DNA of 63,963 nt, filler included, from Licmophora abbreviata (Eukaryota), in the NCBI GenBank assembly GCA_900291995.1. It is 7 parts of 7 records of this genome, joined end to end, with 100 filler letters (N's around TTAATTAATTAA, not from the genome) between each part and the next. Parts side by side here need not be neighbours in the genome. Positions count along the whole stretch, not along the records: positions 57,168 to 61,794 come from OLMU01003037.1; positions 61,895 to 63,963 come from OLMU01003053.1; 5 more parts are not named here. The stretch is one strand, 5' to 3'. The position numbers were made by a program, and so were the translations under genes. This document shows positions 57,168-63,963 of the stretch, one piece after another. The number at the start of each line of letters is the position of its first letter. Within the stretch, counting starts at the first letter, position 1. A model generated the notes under the pieces. That model made no database searches. It saw only the letters and a list, made by a program, of their open reading frames with translations, and was not told the origin of the DNA.

Positions 57168-60100
57168 CTGGAAAGACGATCGACCAAGTCAAGGAAAGTA
57201 GCATGGCAGATTCGTTTGTCAAGTGGCGCGAGTCGGGAGAAACGAACGAAGATGAGCATGCGCAGTGGATACGGAAGGAGTCATCGTTGCTGGCCGAACG
57301 TATCATTGCCTGCGATGCGAGTCGGACATTGGACGAAGCCCAACGGGACCTTGTCGAATTACTCTTGTTTCACCGACAGTCGTCCTTGAAAGGCTCCGAC
57401 GAGGACGGTAGTACTAGCGATGCTACCAACGATCCGCTCTTGCCACCCGTGGCCTGCGCTTTGTTATCGGCGGGAATTCCAACCGTCGCCGCGAGTGTCA
57501 TGATGTCCAACATTATGCCGTCGTTCATGCCACTCTTGGCACTGACTAAGGACGAACGATGGGAGGCGGCAAAGTCGTTGCACTCACAGTTCTACTTGTT
57601 GGCGTGTTATCATTTGCCCTTGCTCGTCTTTCACCTGGATCGATACGCACCTGGGTGGCACTGGCCGAAGAATTTGAATTTGAAGGACGACGAAAGTCAT
57701 AATGAGACGAGTGTGACGCAGAAAAGCCGAAATTTACAGCAACACGGTGTTGTTCCCCAGTCATGGTTGATCTCCCATTTGGCCGGAGAGTGCGGTGGAA
57801 CGCTTATGAACCCCAAGTGGCTCCTATCACTCTGGGATTTGATTCTTACAAGCCGCAACAATTCCCTGAGATTCTTTCTTTCTTTGGCCGTCTTGGAAAA
57901 GCTTTCCGATCGCCTGTTGATGCTGACCGGGTCGGCGTTGGTGGACGAGTTGAATCGTATTGTCGAGTTCAAGGAAGAAACAACTCTAGAAGGGTTCGCC
58001 ATTGAGGGCGAGGAGGAAACGAGCGAAAGTGAGGCAGTCGACTGGGTTCAGGACTGGTGCAACAGAGCGCAGACACTATGGGAGGCAACACCGCGGACGG
58101 TCGTCAGCCGACTTCGATCTGCAGAGGACGAGGCGGTTCGAAACGCCTTGTCGCAACGCCAAAAAGACGCGGAGGAAAAGTTGAAAGCCCGACTGGAAGC
58201 GGAGGCGAATGCGCACCGTGAGGTCATGGAGCGCAAGGCGGACGAAGCGCGTTTGCGGCTGTCACGAGCGCGATTGGTGGCCTACTATCGAAAGTATAAT
58301 GCTGAGAAGGAAGGGAACATTGACAAAATTCTTGAGACGTACAAGGGTCGACTAGACGTTCTTGACCGGAAGCTCAAAGCGAAGTATGGAACAGGATTTA
58401 ACCCCGCTCTCAAACCGAAGCCTCCGCCCAAGACAGCCAAGAAACTGTCGTCTATAATGGGTAACGGTATAGCTGCGCGACGGTCCTGGGTGGATCAAGA
58501 TTTCCACAAGGAAGAGTCCGCCGAGAAGCAAGACGAGAGCAAAGAGCCACACGGTGTTACGGTGACTGTCTCGGCAACGGAGGTGCTTCCGGTTGTGTGC
58601 TGGAGTAAGGAGGCCGCTTCAAAACAGAGCGTTACCGGTCTTGCTCGTGGTCGCTACAGTGAAGAACGCAATGCACCTCTCAAATTTTACCTTGTTGACA
58701 GTCGTCCGGAAGATACTGTAGATGAGCAGGGTCGGTTCCCAACTGCCGTCAGCTTGAGCCCGGAATCTCTACTAGACCCCGATCGCATGCGTGCGCACGA
58801 GGAGATGTTTGAGTCTCTTCGTGGTGCGGTTCATATTTGTATCATGGTAAGTCAGCGCTTGTAAAAAGTGCTGCTCCTCTTTGATGGTTACTGACGTTCG
58901 CGCTGTGTGGTTGCTACTACTCCATTTCAGGGCGAGGGTTACTCTGCGGTGCCTCTCCTCTACGGTCAGAAGCCGAACAAGAGTCTGTGCCAACTCATCG
59001 CGGAAGACGAGTCTAGGACGAGCCTTTGCTCTCTTTTCTTTGTCAAGAAAGGTTTCCCCTTTGTTAGTGTCCTAGAAGGTGGCTTCGTTCAAGCTCACTC
59101 ATGGCTGTGCCGGGAGGGCCCTAATCGTCACCTGAACGTATCCTCGGTCCTTGTTGATTACGACCCCGAAAGTTCGCTCTTTGCCCAGATGGAAATCGCA
59201 TACAGACAGCGAGAAGCATTTGCCAGTCTACCGGCTGGAGAGAAGGCCACGCGTGTCATGCAGAATCTGTTCGATTCTTCCATGACTTCCTTGACGCGAA
59301 GCAAATACCGCATCGATAACTTGGCCTCGCGCACCGAAACGGAATCTGTCACAGGCTCGGTCTCCAAGTTTTTTGGAAAAAAAGAAGAGTCGACAACTGT
59401 TGACGTCGAGGAAACGACTGTCGAGACCCCACCGAAGAATGATGCTTCAATGCCCACACTAGACGAAGAAGAAGACATGGTAGATGTTGAAATTGAACCC
59501 GACAAGTCGAAGGAACAGTCGAAGAGAGGTCCATTGTTTCGCAACCCGTTCGCCGGGCGCCGTTCTGTCGTCCCAGAAAATGCTCAGGTGGACGATGCCG
59601 CTGTCGACTTTGTTCCCGCTGAAGAGAAACTTGAAAAACCACCTGCGCCGTCTACGACGAGTCCCTTTGGAAGGTTCGCCAAAGCTGCGAGCAAGAAGAG
59701 CGAAAACGAGGCTGAGACTGCAGGGGCTCAGCCAAAAGAAAACGTAGCTGCGATGAATCGCTTCTCTGGTCTTGGCTCGGCTCTTGGCAAGAGCATAAAA
59801 AGTGAAGCAAACGGAGAAGCAAAGACCAACAATAAATCTCTCAAGAATAATCCTTTCGCTCGATTTGGTACAAAGGAAAACGGGAAGTCCAACGATGATG
59901 GCCGCAAGCCCAACCGATTTGAGGGTATCAATCAGCTTCGATTGAATACTCTGTCGAACTTGCGAGCAAGAGTGGCCCAAGACGAGATCCGCACGGCTTC
60001 GGATGCCGCTGAGGTGGAAGAGTCTATTTCGTTCTTTGAGAACGATTCGCCTGCTCCTGATATCGAAACCGAGGCGTCGGCCGGTGCTTCGATCCTCAGC

Positions 60101-60169
60101 GCTGTGTCGTCGGACTCGACCGACAACAAGGCGACGAAAACAGATGAATCGGAGGAGAGAAACACATGA
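57168..60169 (+). CDS. TBC1D23-like protein (TBC domain plus rhodanese domain), 5' end in a gap
   Basis: YHLPLLVFHLD, WLISHLAG and LWDLIL, then rhodanese-like FYLVDSRP...GRFPTA, HICIM|GEG and KGFPFVSVLEGGF. Intron at about 58847-58930. Confidence 0.78.
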
Positions 60170-60212
60170 ACGAGCGAGGACGACGAAATGATCGCGACAG
60201 ATAACCATGGTA

Positions 60213-61381
60213 TTAGCAGTAACGACCTTGAATAGTCTCGTTAGCCAGCTGTGCTTCATCGATCGTACGTTCCTTGTGTGGAGATAGATCCTTCGGCGGA
60301 AAGCCAGCACGGAGCTCCAAACGCTTCGCTGGTTCCGGACACGACTCGACCACGAATGCATACACAACTTCTACCATCTCCTTCTTCAGGAATCGTCGAA
60401 TCTTGCGACTGCCATCCGGCATGCGAAACTGGATTCGCGTAGCACCCTCTGCATCGACTGCGGGCTCCGGTGGTACCACGACGGAAACGACGTCTGACAA
60501 CGGAGGCTGTACCGTCGGCTGTAGACTGGCCGCCATGGCCATTTGGAGCATTTCCTCTTCCGTGAGATCTCCAAGATCCCCATTTATTGCCTGGGCTTGC
60601 GTTGTAGGACTACGCGCTGATGGTTTGCCGTCCAGACGCATCCCAGTACCAACGCTTTTCCATGGATCCGTCGCTCCAGTCACAGCGTTCGACTTGCCTT
60701 GGACCAAGTCCTGCTCTTTCCACCAATACTGCGGTAAGCCACGACTCCGCCCCGCTGACGATGCACACGGTGCTGGAAGCCCCTTAATGACACAAAACAC
60801 AGAGTATCCTTGATTCTGCAACGACTCCATCTCTGCCGCCAGCCGAAAGTGAGAAATGGGCTCTGGACGCTCCGCCGTACTGTTCAGGTTCCAGAATCTG
60901 TCATTGATTTTGCGAATAGCGAACCAGTGCGCCTGTCGATTGCAAATGAATCCTTCCATGTCCGTGATTTCCGTCGAGTCTCCCACTCCTTCCTGTCGAA
61001 TATTGGGCAAGGCCAGACTGTACTTGTTCATGAGTGCCGATCGGAGAACTTCAATGCTGAAATTTCCCTGCGCGTCAACATTTCCAGAGCCCTCGTTGAG
61101 ACGCTGTATGTAATCTTTCGACTTGAAACAGAGCGGAGAGACCATTTGTGAGTATGTAGTTGCTTCCCTTACTCGCATTCCGCAGCAATGGCAGCACATA
61201 CCTTCACGCCGCCCTCGTTGTTTTGGGCCATATACTGAAGCTCCATTGCATCAAGCTGGTGCGCAATCTCGGACAGAGAGTCCGGCGAAAACACACAAGC
61301 TTGTACCAGATTGTTCAAGGCATGCTGACCGCACAGCGCAGCCTCCTGCCGCTCGTGATAGATCCAGAACTCCTTTGTCAT
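60213..61381 (-). CDS. ATXN3: Ataxin-3-like deubiquitinase (Josephin domain, UIM, C-terminal UBX)
   Basis: IYHERQEAALCGQHALNNL, GNFSIEVL, HWFAIRK, WNLNS; UIM EEEMLQMAMAASL; UBX RIQFRMPDGS...RRF...GFPPK. Intron at 61122-61201. Confidence 0.92.
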
Positions 61382-61794
61382 GGTGCAAATGCTGCGATGC
61401 TGAGATGGTCGATGATGTGCGTGTCGTCGTGCTGTGATGTTGTGGGCGTATCCGTCACTTTGAACTTCGCGTTTGAATGTTTCGGCGAACGTGAAAGCAT
61501 CGATTCGAAATTTCAAATTTCGAAATTTCGAAGAAAAATGTCAAAAAATGACGACTCCCGGCTGTTATCCGCCAGCCAGCCGTGATCCGCCTGACGCGTC
61601 GAGAGTCGAGACGGCCGCAGTCTCCGATCAAATGACATCGTTCCTTAGATATGCACTGTAGACTCGATGCGGTCACTCTTCAGACTATACACTCCGTGCC
61701 AGAGGACTCTTAAATCTAGAAATGTGACGCCGAGAGCGACATCGAGCCGCCAACTGTAGTTTTTGATTAGCGGACCTGATTATTAAATCGTAAA

Positions 61795-61894
61795 NNNNNN
61801 NNNNNNNNNNNNNNNNNNNNNNNNNNNNNNNNNNNNNNTTAATTAATTAANNNNNNNNNNNNNNNNNNNNNNNNNNNNNNNNNNNNNNNNNNNN
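61795..61894. other. Assembly gap with artificial linker
   Basis: 100-nt N run containing TTAATTAATTAA. Confidence 0.97.
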
Positions 61895-62311
61895 GAGTTT
61901 GCATCAACCGAAGCGACACTGGTCTATGGCAGTATGGGATGGTTTTTGGAAATATTGCACCCAGACGTCTGCAAAGGACATGGGCTGCGCAACATGTGTG
62001 GGCAGTTAAAGTGTAAGATGGACGACGTGGTGGCATTTGGGGATGGAGACAATGATTTGGAATTTATCAAATGGGCAGGGAGAGGCATATGTATGAAGAA
62101 TGGAAGAGATGTTGTGAAAAAAGTCGCCGATGAGGTGACCGAGTTTACCAACGATGAGGTGAGTATTTTGTGGGGTCGTCGTATCTTAAAGTATGATGCT
62201 TCTGGAGCCTCACTCCAGTGCATGTTTTTCCGATCATGTCGGTAGGATGGTGTCATTAGAACGCTGCAGAGACTGGAGAAAGACATGTTGCTGCGGCTCA
62301 GCTCTAGTTAG
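61895..62311 (+). CDS. C-terminal part of a Cof-type HAD (subfamily IIB) hydrolase
   Basis: EILHPDVCKGHGL, VVAFGDGDNDLEFI, MKNG and TNDE|DGV across intron 62159-62245. Confidence 0.88.
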
Positions 62312-62524
62312 ACTTGGCATCGCTGTTTAGAAGTATGACGGTGAAACCTTGTGGCTTACGAAAGTGCATGTCGGCTACACGGACGAGTAACAATTGTACT
62401 ATTGTGAAACAGTCATATGCAATTCTTCTTCTATTGGCCTCAATCATATCCTTTATTGGCTATCTTTACACTGAACTATAACTTTATCTGACACAAAATG
62501 AAAGTCGCCTCTATATACCCTTCT

Positions 62525-62977
62525 TTATCCGCCACGCAAACGCAGAGTTAAGTAGAGAACTGAGTCCTTGTGAATTTCCCAGTCCATCAGAGGACCATCC
62601 TCCAGTTTTATCCCGTGATAAAAAAGTGTCTGCTGATCGACACTTACACCCTCCTTCATAAAAATCTTTTCGCGGATATCCGTAATTGTGTCGTACGGAT
62701 GACAAAGAACCGTAAATGTTCGCCCGTTCAGCAACCGAATGTAAATCTATTGCGAAAGGATGAGCAAGATGTCAGAAATAGGTATCTTCTGACAAAAGAG
62801 AATAGACAATGCGGTAGAGCGACTTACAGTCCACTCTGTCTTGGGGAAAGGCATGTTTCTCGCGACAGCGGCCTTGTCCGTCGGACGCCGATACGGCTTC
62901 TTCTGCTGTCTTATTTCTTTCGCATGTTGCTTCAGTGACTGACGTCCTCGCAGCATTCCTCGACGAGCACGGACCAT
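62525..62977 (-). CDS. Divergent ubiquitin-like protein, 123 aa, with a basic N-terminal tail and terminal LRLRGG
   Basis: Exon 62977-62828 (50 codons) splices in phase 0 (GTAAGT...TAG) to exon 62746-62525, which encodes IYIRLLNGRTF...KEGVSVDQQTL...LEDG...LTLRLRGG followed by a stop. Confidence 0.8.
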
Positions 62978-63844
62978 TGTTGCTTATCTTCTCGTTGTGT
63001 GTCGACCGTGCCAAACGAAATTGTGAAGAGTAGTCCAATGGATGCGAGGCCCTCGCCGTGTCGACGAGGCGGTTGAGCGCCATGTTCAGAAAACGAACCC
63101 GCCAATCGAAATTTTCAAATATTATTAATGTCTGAATAAAGTTTGTAATATTAGAAGTTTAGGCGTCAATATATAGATATTCTAACGTTTCGGGAATCGA
63201 CCGTTTGGTGTTTGAAACTAGCGAGAGAGAATGAACTCTCCTCCACCCCTGTACCCTGGCATGTATCCAATACATGACAGCATAAATCTTTGAGCGTCAA
63301 AAGGAGTCGCAAACTTGGCCACAACACGGCACCACGCAAGCAAGTCGCCCCTCGAGAAGCCACACCTTCAGCCGTTGCTACGTCGCTACTTTTTAAAACC
63401 AGTGCCTTTTTAATGCAATGAGCACAACCCAAAAAGTGCGACTAAAAACCTCCATTCAACGCCCTGACACTGATCTTGCTAGTATGCGACAATAGAGAGA
63501 TGAACACGAACAATATCAATAGTTAGTAGACCACGACAAGAATCAACGGAAAAAATACACTCGCTCATCAGTCCTCGACCTGACCCTTCCATCCGAATTG
63601 GTGTATTCTTCAAATGCCTTTGCTCAGAGAATGTAGATAAGTAGTGTGCAAATAAGCAACTCGTCCTTTGGAAGTACGTAGCACAAGACGAAGAATCGAA
63701 TCCCGTGCTTGATGTTTCTTTTTTTGTTATTCCTCAGTAGGTTTTGTTTGTACACGTTAACGTCGAATCAGCATGATGTTGCTATGTCCGCCCGACGATA
63801 CCTTCATCACGGGAATTGAATAACGATTGTGGAAAGAGCAACGT

Positions 63845-63963
63845 CTAATGATTCGGCCTTGGCTGCAGTGTCGCCCACACATCGTCCTTCGTGTGGACAA
63901 TGGGTAGAATATCCTTACATTCGTTGTCGTGTTCGCGTACCTTTTTGAGAACATTGGAATGAG
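63845..63963 (-). CDS. Possible 3' end of a gene extending beyond the window
   Basis: Open minus-strand frame from the window edge (SNVLKKVREHDNECKDILPIVHTKDDVWATLQPRPNH then stop); no homology recognised. Confidence 0.2.
   Translation of the reverse strand, partial: HSNVLKKVREHDNECKDILPIVHTKDDVWATLQPRPNH

Noticed and set aside
56737..60169. Single gene fusing the transmembrane ORF to TBC1D23
   Set aside because: The gap flanks do not overlap, and a lumenal type II topology is incompatible with cytosolic TBC1D23, so these are probably two genes.
59459..60367. Long antisense ORFs (302 aa here; also 30977-31759, 44818-45504 and 41967-42674)
   Set aside because: These are shadow frames of real genes in GC-balanced DNA, with no recognisable motifs.
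26144..61894. TTAATTAATTAA palindrome recurring six times
   Set aside because: It always sits in the middle of a 100-nt N run, so it is an artificial scaffold spacer rather than a repeat or regulatory element.
62772..63083. 103-aa ORF as the first exon of the ubiquitin-like gene
   Set aside because: Its donor would be phase 1, whereas the ubiquitin exon needs phase 0; the 62977 frame fits.
1..63963. tRNA, rRNA, CRISPR arrays, prophage or viral genes
   Set aside because: None were recognised by eye in the intergenic regions; tRNAscan-SE and Infernal would be needed to exclude small RNAs.

Overview
Gene-dense eukaryotic nuclear DNA (about 50% GC, short spliceosomal introns, bipartite plastid-targeting presequences with an ASAFAP-like cleavage site), most consistent with a diatom draft assembly. 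Six 100-nt N-gaps each carry an artificial TTAATTAATTAA linker, and two of them join contigs that actually overlap. About 30 protein-coding genes are present. Recognisable ones: plastid flavodoxin, POLD1, a tesmin/LIN54-like CXC protein, RimM, ELP1, bc1 core-2/MPP-alpha, MAD2, ISCU, TMEM234, AP4S1 beside AAGAB, a CHAT protease, an ApaH-like phosphatase, PTPA, sarcosine/dimethylglycine dehydrogenase, ERGIC-thioredoxin, CCT5, a RING-H2 ligase, a plastid methyltransferase, a RecQ helicase, an EamA transporter, TBC1D23, ataxin-3, a Cof-type HAD fragment and a divergent ubiquitin-like protein. Best leads: (1) a multi-exon gene fusing NIN-like-protein-type GAF domains to seven WRKY19-like Cys/His fingers, a candidate nutrient-sensing transcription factor; (2) Pol delta lacking two of the four canonical CysB [4Fe-4S] ligands, head-to-head with flavodoxin; (3) a ready-made LRLRGG ubiquitin-like protein with a basic N-tail; (4) a CHAT protease with an intact His-Cys dyad; (5) the AP-4 sigma/AAGAB client-chaperone pair. 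Four single-base frameshifts in conserved genes look like homopolymer sequencing errors. All product calls come from motif recognition by eye, not from database searches.
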